Positions 9,348-18,482 of a stretch of 64,000 bases of DNA are shown here, piece after piece. Every line of letters starts with the position of its first letter. Position 1 is the stretch's first letter. The notes under the pieces were generated by a model. The model did not search any database. It saw only the letters and a list, made by a program, of their open reading frames with translations, and was not told the DNA's origin. The stretch comes from a virus, in IMG/VR virus record IMGVR_UViG_3300005096_000103, positions 32,001 through 96,000 of that record, one strand, 5' to 3'. The position numbers and the translations under genes are program-made.

Positions 9348-9383
9348 AGAAAGGACCTACTTATTGTGGGTCCTTTCTTTTTG
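9348..9383 (+). terminator. Intrinsic terminator
   Basis: AGAAAGGACCTAC-TTATT-GTGGGTCCTTTCT followed by TTTT, 15 nt after the stop at 9333. Confidence 0.85.
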
Positions 9384-9484
9384 CTTAGAGGCAGCAAGCT
9401 TAACAGCTAAGGAGGTACACGCTAAAGATAGCTCATTCTTTAGGTAGGTTATACTGCTCTTAGGTAGGATATCTTACTGGGTTC

Positions 9485-9877
9485 GTGCGGAGTTTTGTGA
9501 TGTCGAGTGGTGAAGTGTCAAGTGGTAGAATGTCGGGTAAAGGTAAGTCTGGGTTTACTTTGGTTAAGCCTCTTGTTAAGCCTCTTGCGGTAAAGAAAGG
9601 AAAGAAGAAGAGACGCAAGGAGTTTAAGAAGTATACAAAGAAACTCAAGTCGAATGACTCTGAGGGGATCTTAGCTGCGTTTACGCGCGGTGCGGAGGAT
9701 CATGGAATTGAATGGGCACTGCTTGGACTCGCGGTCTTGGCAATACCTGTTGGAGTTGCAATCCTTGCTGAGTACTCGTCAAGCCGCAGGTCTACGAGTG
9801 TAGACTGGGCTAAGCTTGTTGAGCTTATATCCCCTGTTATCCTGAAAGCGTTTAGGACAGTGCTCAGGATGCACTAG
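9485..9877 (+). CDS. Hypothetical membrane protein with a polybasic stretch
   Basis: 130 aa; KKGKKKRRKEFKKYTKKLK precedes the transmembrane-like WALLGLAVLAIPVGVAILA. Confidence 0.65.
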   Translation: MRSFVMSSGEVSSGRMSGKGKSGFTLVKPLVKPLAVKKGKKKRRKEFKKYTKKLKSNDSEGILAAFTRGAEDHGIEWALLGLAVLAIPVGVAILAEYSSSRRSTSVDWAKLVELISPVILKAFRTVLRMH

Positions 9878-9911
9878 AGTCGAAGACTGTAGAGTGTAGA
9901 CTTACAACTAA

Positions 9912-9991
9912 CACACGAACACAATGACACACAGACATAATAGCATACGAACATAATAGCATACTAACATACGCACATACGAACAGACTAA
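9912..9991 (+). repeat. Array of 10 degenerate tandem octamers
   Basis: CACACGAA CACAATGA CACACAGA CATAATAG CATACGAA CATAATAG CATACTAA CATACGCA CATACGAA CAGACTAA in strict 8-nt register between convergent genes. Confidence 0.85.
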
Positions 9992-10614
9992 GGCAGCGGG
10001 TCAATAGGCTCATCACCCTCTTGGCTTGCTGCCTCACTTAGACTCAGTGCCGCCTCACTTAAATTAGTGGCAGCTTCGTGTATATTTACTGAGCTTTTTT
10101 TATTTGCTAGTGTAGATGTTGAAGGAGCTGAAGGTATAGTTTCCCACCAGGCTAGAAGAACGAGGAAGTTACCGTCCCGATCTGTAGAGAACCGCTCGTG
10201 TAGTAGACCAGCCTTATCCGATCTAATCTTGCGGAAGATGTGTTCCATCTTACTGCTGTAGACGTGAGATTCGTCAGCGATTGTATACTGCTGGTAGAAG
10301 AACTTAACGTCCTCTCCTTCGAACATAAGATCGGCTGGTGATCTCCCCGCAGATAAGGGCGAACTACCAAAACCCTCTGTGTCTGAACCGTCAGCCCCCT
10401 GTGCTGCTTTCTTAGCTGCAGCAACGCGGGTGCGTCCGTCCTGGGCATCAATGATGTTCTGCCTGTGCCCAGCAGGTGTAAAGGCTGGTACGCCGTAGTT
10501 CGGATCCTCTTCCTCCCCTTCAAAGATGTTTCCGTCAGTACGCTTGAACTCAGCGTTATACATATCGACTCCACTAAAGGCGTCGAAGATTGGATTACCG
10601 GTGTTGGATGTCAT
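9988..10614 (-). CDS. Hypothetical protein
   Basis: 208-aa ORF with AGGAG upstream, directly downstream of the portal-like gene. Confidence 0.7.
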   Translation of the reverse strand: MTSNTGNPIFDAFSGVDMYNAEFKRTDGNIFEGEEEDPNYGVPAFTPAGHRQNIIDAQDGRTRVAAAKKAAQGADGSDTEGFGSSPLSAGRSPADLMFEGEDVKFFYQQYTIADESHVYSSKMEHIFRKIRSDKAGLLHERFSTDRDGNFLVLLAWWETIPSAPSTSTLANKKSSVNIHEAATNLSEAALSLSEAASQEGDEPIDPLP

Positions 10615-10651
10615 AGCTGTTACTCCTACTGTGCTTTAGCGCTGGTTGCCC

Positions 10652-12415
10652 TTACTGTGCCTGTGCTTGTGCTTGACCTTGCTGTCCCTTATTCTGATCT
10701 AGTATCATACGGACTACAGCGTAGAGAACCATATCTTCATTCTGTAGAGCGGCCATCTGCGTACGGCGTTCTTCGTAGGGCATAGGAGCAATCTGCTGTG
10801 CGATGCCTTCAGCCTGTGCGTAGACGGCTTGTTGGTCGTAGCCGAGACCAGAGCCGTCGTTAGCAGCTGCGTCAGCTTGAGCTGCAGTAGCGAGGGATTG
10901 TTCAATCTCAGACATCTTGTTCTGTAAGAGGTTTTCCATTCGCTTCTCAGCGAGTTCATCTTCCATCATGCGATCGCGTTCCTTATCGATGTCACGTCCG
11001 AACATCTCAGCTATGGATCGGTTAGACAGGTGGTTAGACGTCTGGGCAACGTTAACCTCTAAAGACTTCTGCTGGACGTCGTCAATGAACTTGAATGGGG
11101 TCATGTCGATACTAACAGTCTCCCACTTCATACACTTGGCTGACTGCTCTCCTATCCAGTTAAGCGCGCGGACAAGGTCTATACGCTCAGGTTCCAGTGT
11201 ATTTTCGAGCATACGGAGTGTGGCGCTAGAACCTGTCCACGAGAGACCTCCGTAGATAAACTCTTTGAACAGTCCGATAGAAGCAATGATATCCTCTTCA
11301 GCTTGTTGGATTTCACCGAGCGTCATAAGTGCTCGGCCTTGACCTCCTATCTGTGTAACGCCCACGCCTACTGGAGCGATGTGTACATGCAGAGGATCAT
11401 GACGGTGCTGCCTAAATGCTTTAGATAAGCGACTCGCCCACTTAGCGCCGTTCAACGTTGAGATAGGGTTAGCAGCGTTATTAGTTTGTTGTGGGAACAG
11501 AACCCTGAGAGGTACGATGTACCCTTGTGCAATAGCCTCGTTAGCCCTACGTAGTACAGCCGCGTAGTAGTGCTTCTTTAAAGACGCCGCAAGCTTCGGT
11601 AACCCAAGCGCTCCCTCAATACCAGAAGGCGCAGGGTTCTTAAGGTGCAGGATGTTGTCCTTAGGGAGCAGGAAGGAGTCTTTGGGACGGGACACCGTCT
11701 TAAGAAACTCTGCAGGCATGTTTGTGATGAACAACGGGTTAGAAGCTTTGATAGCCTCCCTTGTGATCTGGGGGATTTTGTACCAGAACTTCTGCTCCCC
11801 TGTGATGTAGTTCTCTTCGATGTCAATAAGCTTTATGTCCCAGCGTATAACTCGGATAGCTGACATACGACTTCTAGGCTTGTCAATGAAGTCGTCAATG
11901 TGGACTTTGTGACGCTTACCACATGCTGTCGTCGGGCAGGTGAAATCTACGATACAACTCTGCCAGTGGTACTTAAAGTCTTCCTGATCTGCGTTAGCGA
12001 GGAAGACCATTGTATCGCAACCTGTACAAAAATACATACGGTCTATCGCTTGGTTGACGCTAAGGACAACATTTCCGTAGATACTCTTGTCGAGCTGGAT
12101 AGCTTTGAGCAGTCCGCGAATATGCAGATGATCATCGAAGAGTGTTTTGTACTTTGTTTTGAGGTCTGTCTTGACAGTGTCGAACACAACGTCTGTAATG
12201 ACGTAGTCAGCTTGCTTCTGCAGACCGATATAGATATTGGAGTTGTTGAAGTATAAGTACTCACACCACCTGAACATGTCCTTGAGAGACCGAGGCATAA
12301 AGCCGCTCAAAAAGTCGAACATAGGGTTAGGGAGACCACGACGATAATTGAACATATCGGTAGTCTTTGTTCCTGCACCAGCAGAGGACATCCCGCTCGA
12401 CATATTAAACCTCAC
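10652..12415 (-). CDS. Probable portal protein
   Basis: 587 aa with a helical, coiled-coil C-terminus; size, character and phage context fit a large-phage portal; contains a Cys-pair insertion (CTGC...CPTTAC). Not confirmed by a profile search. Confidence 0.5.
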   Translation of the reverse strand: MRFNMSSGMSSAGAGTKTTDMFNYRRGLPNPMFDFLSGFMPRSLKDMFRWCEYLYFNNSNIYIGLQKQADYVITDVVFDTVKTDLKTKYKTLFDDHLHIRGLLKAIQLDKSIYGNVVLSVNQAIDRMYFCTGCDTMVFLANADQEDFKYHWQSCIVDFTCPTTACGKRHKVHIDDFIDKPRSRMSAIRVIRWDIKLIDIEENYITGEQKFWYKIPQITREAIKASNPLFITNMPAEFLKTVSRPKDSFLLPKDNILHLKNPAPSGIEGALGLPKLAASLKKHYYAAVLRRANEAIAQGYIVPLRVLFPQQTNNAANPISTLNGAKWASRLSKAFRQHRHDPLHVHIAPVGVGVTQIGGQGRALMTLGEIQQAEEDIIASIGLFKEFIYGGLSWTGSSATLRMLENTLEPERIDLVRALNWIGEQSAKCMKWETVSIDMTPFKFIDDVQQKSLEVNVAQTSNHLSNRSIAEMFGRDIDKERDRMMEDELAEKRMENLLQNKMSEIEQSLATAAQADAAANDGSGLGYDQQAVYAQAEGIAQQIAPMPYEERRTQMAALQNEDMVLYAVVRMILDQNKGQQGQAQAQAQ

Positions 12416-12430
12416 AAAAGAGACACGTGA

Positions 12431-14461
12431 ATGGCGATAGGCAGAACCTTACTGAGAGTAGGCTACAGAGAACGTCCCGCACCTACCTTTATACTTCCCT
12501 ACATCCGAGGATACAAGTCTGGGTATAAAAGGATATTCGGTTCGACCGTTGACGAAGACAAGTCTGAAGTCACGTTTCCAGCTTACGCGCCACTAGCTGC
12601 TGTTGTCGTAGAAGATATGGAGAAAGTCTTCCCAGGTATACCTTGGAGTGACGAAGCATTAGCACAGCTCTCTTATTCGAGTAAGGCCTCTAGACTCATA
12701 GACTCTACGGATGAAGACGCTGCTATCACTGAGTCGTGTGTGTTACCGCCTTATGACCACCAGCTCATAGGCGTTAAGCGCGCTTTGTACTACCCACGGT
12801 ATGCGCTGTTTTACCACCCTGGTCTTGGTAAATCGAAGGTAGCTATCGACACTCTGAGGATACTAGCGAGCAGTATCTCGGGGATACTCGCAAGCAGCGC
12901 CGAGCGTGTCAACACGCTAATACTCGTGCCCTCTGCTAATCTGACGCTGAACTGGGCGCGTGAATTTACGCAGCACTGCACCGTTGCGGAGAAGTCAGCA
13001 AAGCTCTTCCACACCTACCCGTTCTGTAATGTCAGGGGGAGCTCTCTGACCAAAGCTCAGAGGGCTAAGCTCTACACAAAGATTGAGTCTGAGATGTCAG
13101 CGCGAGAGGGTACGTCACAACATACTATTATAATGATGTCGTATGACACCTTCGTCAACGACAGTAATAATCTGAGCCCTGCGTGTCTACAAAACCTGGA
13201 CGTAGCAGTGTTGGACGAAAGCCATCTGTTGATGTCTCCTAAGTCGAAGAGGACACTGTCCATACTTAAGAACCTCAATACACCTCGACGACTCCTGCTC
13301 TCAGGCACTCCTAACTCTGGAGACCCTCTCCACATCTATGGGCAACTGAGGTTCTTAGAACCGGCTATTCTCTCAGATAACGTATTTAGGTTTAAACTTA
13401 GATATCACATACTAGAAACAGTGTATCGATGCAGCGTGTGCTATACATTTAATAGCGCTGTATACAGTGTAAATGAAGCGACTAAGAAGACTATGTCATC
13501 ACAACCTAGGTTCTGTAGAAGTTGTAACGCGTCTAGGTTTAAGCGGGTGATGCTGACTGAAGGCTATAAGAACCTAGTCTCTCTAGCTATGCTTACGGAT
13601 ATGCTATGTCTAAGGAAGCGCCAGGAAGATTGTCTTGATCTCCCTGAGAGGAGATTTATAGATATAAATTACAAACTAGACAAAGCAACGAAGGCTAGTT
13701 ACAATGAGATCGTCAACGGGCTGGTAACTAAGGTTGGTGGTAAAGAAGTCACGCTTGCTAGATCTGCTGAGAGAACTCTGCGGATGCTACAAATACTAAA
13801 TGGATTCCTAGCGTACAAGGAGACTAGCTACCCACACGGTCCTGACTTCCCGGTGTATAAAACAGAGAAGGTAGTATTTAAAGCTCAGCCACGTATCACT
13901 GCTTTAGCCAGCTTACTTGACAGCATCCTAGTAGATTATGAGAATAAGGTTATAATCTGGGATTGGTTCATAGCTTCGATGGACCTAGTAGAAGACTACC
14001 TGATTAGTAAGAAGATAGGCTACGTAAGGGTTGACGGCTCTACGAAAGGTAGGACAGTACTCAAAGACAAATTCAATAATGATCCAGACTGTCGTGTGTA
14101 TCTATCTCAGATATCAACAGGTATAGGCATAACAATAAATGCTGCTAACTTTACTATCTATGCGGGGTGGACGTATGACCTTAAGCTCTACAAACAATCT
14201 CTAGAGCGTAATTACAGGATCGGACAGAAGAGGAGCGTCACTGTCTATAGACTCTTAGTCGAAGGTTCTGTACACGAAGCTCTACGCGCAGTCTTAGAAA
14301 CTAAAGAAGGTATAGCTGAAGCAATCACAAACAAAGACCTCTGCTTCACCTGCAAAGAACACCCTGGTTGTATCCTTAGTAAGATACAGCCCTTCACACC
14401 CGACTGCTTGGTGTGCCCAGATAAGCTATTCAAAGTCAAGTCACGCCCTGCACTACTCTAA
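12431..14461 (+). CDS. SNF2-family (SF2) helicase/ATPase
   Basis: Motif I PGLGKS, motif II LDESH, motif III LLSGTP, motif VI QSLERNYRIGQKRSV; CSVC...CRSC insertion. Confidence 0.9.
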   Translation: MAIGRTLLRVGYRERPAPTFILPYIRGYKSGYKRIFGSTVDEDKSEVTFPAYAPLAAVVVEDMEKVFPGIPWSDEALAQLSYSSKASRLIDSTDEDAAITESCVLPPYDHQLIGVKRALYYPRYALFYHPGLGKSKVAIDTLRILASSISGILASSAERVNTLILVPSANLTLNWAREFTQHCTVAEKSAKLFHTYPFCNVRGSSLTKAQRAKLYTKIESEMSAREGTSQHTIIMMSYDTFVNDSNNLSPACLQNLDVAVLDESHLLMSPKSKRTLSILKNLNTPRRLLLSGTPNSGDPLHIYGQLRFLEPAILSDNVFRFKLRYHILETVYRCSVCYTFNSAVYSVNEATKKTMSSQPRFCRSCNASRFKRVMLTEGYKNLVSLAMLTDMLCLRKRQEDCLDLPERRFIDINYKLDKATKASYNEIVNGLVTKVGGKEVTLARSAERTLRMLQILNGFLAYKETSYPHGPDFPVYKTEKVVFKAQPRITALASLLDSILVDYENKVIIWDWFIASMDLVEDYLISKKIGYVRVDGSTKGRTVLKDKFNNDPDCRVYLSQISTGIGITINAANFTIYAGWTYDLKLYKQSLERNYRIGQKRSVTVYRLLVEGSVHEALRAVLETKEGIAEAITNKDLCFTCKEHPGCILSKIQPFTPDCLVCPDKLFKVKSRPALL

Positions 14462-14471
14462 GGAGCGATCA

Positions 14472-15434
14472 ATGTCAGGTTTATTCGGTACACAGACGTC
14501 CTACCTAACACAGGAGGACATTACTTCTCTAATCGAGAAGACATACACAGTACTCGGCGCGGAGATAGCGTCAGTAAGGTGGCTCGACGACAGCACCTGT
14601 GCTGTAGAGTATATCAAAGGTCCAACCTACAAAGACTTTGACGAACTCCTAGATTCTAAGCTGCGAATCTTAGACCCTGCGGAACGTCCCTCAGACAGCA
14701 GAGCCGCAATCGAAGCAAAGAAGTCTGCGCTTAGGACGAGTGTAACGCCAGTGAAAGGCTCAGCTCGCAGAGGTCCCACGCCACAGGAGGTTCCAGTTGT
14801 CAAGACTGCAGGGACAGCTAGATCCTCTCAGGCTATCCCCGCTCCTAAGTGGAATACCTCTGACAAATTCGTGGTAGACCCTAGCATGGGGCCAGGTCCG
14901 GTTCCATACATCCCTGACATGGAGCTGTACTTAGTTAACGCCCGGAAGAAGTTAGACGAGCTTGCTGAGGGGGAAGAGGCTGGACTAACTCTAGGTATAG
15001 TATTCGGCAACCCTCAGGACCTTGTAGGGTGGGAGCAACTCACCTGCTACAACTACGACTCTGAAGAGTGGCGAGAGAAGAGCAACGAGGACCGTATTGC
15101 AATGCTGTTGGGCATGTGCACGTCTGAGAATCCAAACGTTCGCATTCGTAGACGAAATAAGGATGGAGATCCTGAAATTGCGATAGGCTTATCTGCAGCG
15201 CAAACCGAGAGAAACATCCACCAACTTATGGACCCTACAGACCTAAGTATGAAAAAGCGTTCTGCAGCGCTTAGCGTGATAGGGAAAGTCCACAAGTACA
15301 AAGAACTCCATGGTCCAGTGTCTCCTGACAGTAATGTATCTACTACACTGTCTAAGCGAGCGATAGCGAAAGAGATGGGTGTCTCGTACCGCCCTAAGCA
15401 TAAGTTTGATGTAGAGGGTAAAGACGTTGTTTAA
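14472..15434 (+). CDS. Hypothetical protein
   Basis: 320-aa ORF with AAGGAG upstream, in operon with the helicase. Confidence 0.75.
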   Translation: MSGLFGTQTSYLTQEDITSLIEKTYTVLGAEIASVRWLDDSTCAVEYIKGPTYKDFDELLDSKLRILDPAERPSDSRAAIEAKKSALRTSVTPVKGSARRGPTPQEVPVVKTAGTARSSQAIPAPKWNTSDKFVVDPSMGPGPVPYIPDMELYLVNARKKLDELAEGEEAGLTLGIVFGNPQDLVGWEQLTCYNYDSEEWREKSNEDRIAMLLGMCTSENPNVRIRRRNKDGDPEIAIGLSAAQTERNIHQLMDPTDLSMKKRSAALSVIGKVHKYKELHGPVSPDSNVSTTLSKRAIAKEMGVSYRPKHKFDVEGKDVV

Positions 15435-15458
15435 ATGTAGCGACATTGTTTAGAGGTA

Positions 15459-16448
15459 ATGACATTGTATAAAGTAATACCCTGGGACGGAGAAGGGTCT
15501 GAGAAACTTCTTAAGCTCCCTAAAGGTCACTTCTCTGTATCACAGTTCGGCTTGTTCAATATCTGCTCAATGAAGTATAAGTATAAGTACGACGAGTCTG
15601 AGAGTGATACCACTAGCTCGAACCAGGCTCTAGGCAGTTTCGTACATAAGATACTCGAATGTCTGATGATCGAGTACAGAGACCACGAATACACAATCCC
15701 TGAAGCAGGGTTCATTAACGAGAGATTCAAGCACTACGCGGACAAGTATTTAGAGAGTGTCACCTACTTCACCGCAGGCATGTCCCCAGAGACGTTCATT
15801 GGAGAAGCCAGAGAACTAGTAGATCTTTACGTTCTAGAGCGGCTTGGTGATCTCAGGCCTCGCTTAGTAGAGCATAAGATACTTGCAGTATTCGAGGGTC
15901 AGAATCCTGCTGGCGAGATAGTAAGCGCACCTATACTTGGCTACGCAGATATTATCGACCGTGATATATTAGCTGAGAAGGCATTTGGGATAGACCCATA
16001 CGCTACGACAATCCAGCCGACTGACATCATCCGGGATATTAAAGTCGTTGGTAAAAATAAAGGCAAGAATGAGGTTCACAAGTCTGCGCAGCTCAGTCTC
16101 TACTGTGCAGCAACTGGTACAAACAAAGCCGGGTTCGAGATTTGTAGGAGGCGGAATAGTAAAGGTGAGGTAGCAGTAATCCCTCACCCAAATGTGCAAG
16201 TAGAGGGTGTTGACTACTCGCTAAGATCGAGGGGTGAACTTAACTGGTGTGTCCAGGTTTTCATAGAGACTGCGTGGCAAGTGTCTCAGAAGATGTTTCG
16301 GCGTACGAATCCTGAGAACTGGATGTGTAGTGAAAAGTGGTGTCACTTCTATAATGACTGCCATGATACAATTTCTACAGGTCTCAAAGCACACAAGTGG
16401 TTAGAGGATAAAGACTTCGGGATCTCTGAGGAACCAGGTGACAGGTAA
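15459..16448 (+). CDS. PD-(D/E)XK nuclease, Cas4/RecB-like, probable Fe-S protein
   Basis: FSVSQF..C, LGSFVHKILE, GYADIID, DIK, QLSLY and a C-terminal CSEKWCHFYNDC. Confidence 0.85.
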   Translation: MTLYKVIPWDGEGSEKLLKLPKGHFSVSQFGLFNICSMKYKYKYDESESDTTSSNQALGSFVHKILECLMIEYRDHEYTIPEAGFINERFKHYADKYLESVTYFTAGMSPETFIGEARELVDLYVLERLGDLRPRLVEHKILAVFEGQNPAGEIVSAPILGYADIIDRDILAEKAFGIDPYATTIQPTDIIRDIKVVGKNKGKNEVHKSAQLSLYCAATGTNKAGFEICRRRNSKGEVAVIPHPNVQVEGVDYSLRSRGELNWCVQVFIETAWQVSQKMFRRTNPENWMCSEKWCHFYNDCHDTISTGLKAHKWLEDKDFGISEEPGDR

Positions 16449-16513
16449 GTGTAGGTAGTATACACTGTGTTCCCTTAAAGTACTAAGGGTACAACACTAA
16501 CGGAGTAAACGTT

Positions 16514-16687
16514 ATGGAAAAGTACGGAGTTGACCAGCGAGAAATAGTAGACGCGCCAGGTGGTACCGTGAAACTCGCGAAGGAGATATATAGGATATCA
16601 TGCGTGAAGTGCAACAGGTCTCTACCCGACGGTGTAATCCTCCTAGTCTGTAAAGCCTGCCTTGAGAAAGAAGATAAGGATTACTGA
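16514..16687 (+). CDS. 57-aa Zn-finger protein (MEKYGVDQREIVDAPGGTVKLAKEIYRISCVKCNRSLPDGVILLVCKACLEKEDKDY)
   Basis: Translated by hand; GGAG upstream; two CxxC pairs; its TGA overlaps the next ATG (TGATG). Below the ORF-track length cutoff. Confidence 0.75.
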   Translation: MEKYGVDQREIVDAPGGTVKLAKEIYRISCVKCNRSLPDGVILLVCKACLEKEDKDY

Positions 16688-17211
16688 TGTCTAACACTCG
16701 TAGCACGTTAAGTAGAGGAGAGAGTCTAGGTTTCTTGACCGTCGTACTCTTAGTGATGGTTTACTTAGCCACGTGTGTTATAACTAGTATCCTCACCCCG
16801 ATACCGGTAGTTATGGCCCAGGGTATAGAGTTAGAGAATCGAGCCTTAGCTAAGCCCTCATGGGAGCGATGCATCGTCGATGGCGTAAAGTTTAATTGCA
16901 TTACTCTAGAAGAGTCTAAGAATTACCTAAATCTTTACGTTGAGTATAAGGCAACACGCAGCCGGTACACTCTGCTAGAGAAAGAACTGACGCTGACAAA
17001 AGATAAGGTTAAGCTAGTGACAGTGTACTCAGACAAACTAAGAGATAGAGGAGATAAAGACACAAAGCTAATTGAAAATATGAGAATAATGTTGGTAGAA
17101 GAGGTCAAGGCGTCATATAGTTTATATAGCATCATAGCTACTGGAGCGGCTTCACTACTTATTGGTATACTAACCGGCTATATATTTTCTAACTTGCCGG
17201 CGTCTCCTTAA
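16687..17211 (+). CDS. Membrane protein: N-terminal TM, coiled coil, C-terminal TM (spanin-like topology possible)
   Basis: Two hydrophobic segments flank a heptad-rich region. Confidence 0.65.
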   Translation: MSNTRSTLSRGESLGFLTVVLLVMVYLATCVITSILTPIPVVMAQGIELENRALAKPSWERCIVDGVKFNCITLEESKNYLNLYVEYKATRSRYTLLEKELTLTKDKVKLVTVYSDKLRDRGDKDTKLIENMRIMLVEEVKASYSLYSIIATGAASLLIGILTGYIFSNLPASP

Positions 17212-17228
17212 CTAGACTCTTCGACGAA

Positions 17229-17260
17229 CATACGAACATAGTAACAAAGGAACAGACTAG
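17229..17260 (+). repeat. Four octamer units over the parB ribosome-binding site
   Basis: CATACGAA CATAGTAA CAAAGGAA CAGACTAG, then C-ATG; same consensus and period as 9912-9991. Confidence 0.75.
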
Positions 17261-17261
17261 C

Positions 17262-18428
17262 ATGGCAAAACCTACAACTACGTCTTCTGTCAAACTTATC
17301 CCAATCAAAAGCATCTACGTCTCGTGGAAAGACAATCCGAGAGGTGAGCACTGGGGGAGTGACGATGACGAAGAGTTCCAGCAGCTGAAGGAGTCTATTC
17401 GAGAGTCTTTCCATCGCGGGAATCCGCACGGTCTAGTAAGCTCGGTTAGTGTCCAACCTGTAAACACTATCCCCAAATATAAGTATAAGCTGGTGTCAGG
17501 CTACCGGCGGTTCCGGTGCATGCAGGAGCTGTACGCAGAGAAGAAAGGTTCTAGAAATATTAATACATGGGCCTCTAAGATCCCAGCGATCGTAAAGGTC
17601 ACCGGAGACGATGAATACGCTGTTATCCTAGCTCTCTATGACGCGCTAGCAGAAAATCAGCAACGAGCTGCAATGGATCCCTACGCAGAAGCTGGGGCGT
17701 TAAAGTTCCTCATGGAAGCAGAGGATATCAGCGCACAAATTTTAGCTGGGAGAATCCACAAATCTTCTAGTTATATCAAACAGCGTCTAACTATCCTTAC
17801 AATCACAGACGATGTAAGGGAGCTTGCTAGAGAAGCGGGCGCTACAATGTCCCAACTTCGAAGCATCGCAACTCTCCCGGTTGTTGACCAGAAGAAGACG
17901 ATCAAAGCTATCAGCAAAGGACTAGCCTCAGGTAGGGATACCCGTGCCTTTATTGCCGCGCTAAGGAAGGCAACTCGCAAAGCTGTAGAAGCTAAAGCTG
18001 ACGCGGATAGCGTAGTTAACACAGGTAAAGTAGGCGGAACCACGACAGCCAGCAAAAGTACGGCTGCCAATAAAGAGGTAAAACTTACGGAGGTGAAGCC
18101 AAAGAAAGACACGCAGAAGACCCCTACTGCTGTAGATGGTACACCCTCTGCTGCAGATGATGCCCCTGTACCAGATCCTAAAGTTGTTGATCCAGCTAAC
18201 GCAGCCACCGTTCCGCTGCAGTTGTCTGCGAGCTTACTAGCAACAATGTCAAACAACGCAACGCAGAACGCGTTTAGGCTAATGGTACTCGGTATCCTAG
18301 AGTGGGAGAGCTTTAGAGGTGGGGATACGAACAACGTGTTCGCGAAGGTGAACCTTGACCAGAGTACTAGGGAACTCAGGGTAGAGATCCTAGAAAAGAT
18401 GCGCGCTAAGCTTTTGAAAACTATGTAG
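17262..18428 (+). CDS. parB: ParB/Srx-family protein with HTH
   Basis: IPIKSI..NPR, QLKESI, YKLVSGYRR (GxRR motif), ALAENQQR, and the HTH ILAGRIHKSSSYIKQRLTIL. Confidence 0.85.
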   Translation: MAKPTTTSSVKLIPIKSIYVSWKDNPRGEHWGSDDDEEFQQLKESIRESFHRGNPHGLVSSVSVQPVNTIPKYKYKLVSGYRRFRCMQELYAEKKGSRNINTWASKIPAIVKVTGDDEYAVILALYDALAENQQRAAMDPYAEAGALKFLMEAEDISAQILAGRIHKSSSYIKQRLTILTITDDVRELAREAGATMSQLRSIATLPVVDQKKTIKAISKGLASGRDTRAFIAALRKATRKAVEAKADADSVVNTGKVGGTTTASKSTAANKEVKLTEVKPKKDTQKTPTAVDGTPSAADDAPVPDPKVVDPANAATVPLQLSASLLATMSNNATQNAFRLMVLGILEWESFRGGDTNNVFAKVNLDQSTRELRVEILEKMRAKLLKTM

Positions 18429-18438
18429 CTGTAGATAA

Positions 18439-18478
18439 CAAACGTGCAGAATAGCAAACGAACAGAGTAACAAGGATA
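18439..18478 (+). repeat. Five octamer units over the ribosome-binding site of the SSB-like gene
   Basis: CAAACGTG CAGAATAG CAAACGAA CAGAGTAA CAAGGATA, 4 nt before the ATG at 18483. Confidence 0.7.
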
Positions 18479-18482
18479 ACGA

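Noticed and set aside
9912-9991. CRISPR array (given the two Cas4-like genes)
   Set aside because: Units are 8 nt, contiguous and degenerate, with no repeat-spacer alternation. The 15-24-bp repeats at 30437 and 34050 also lack unique spacers.
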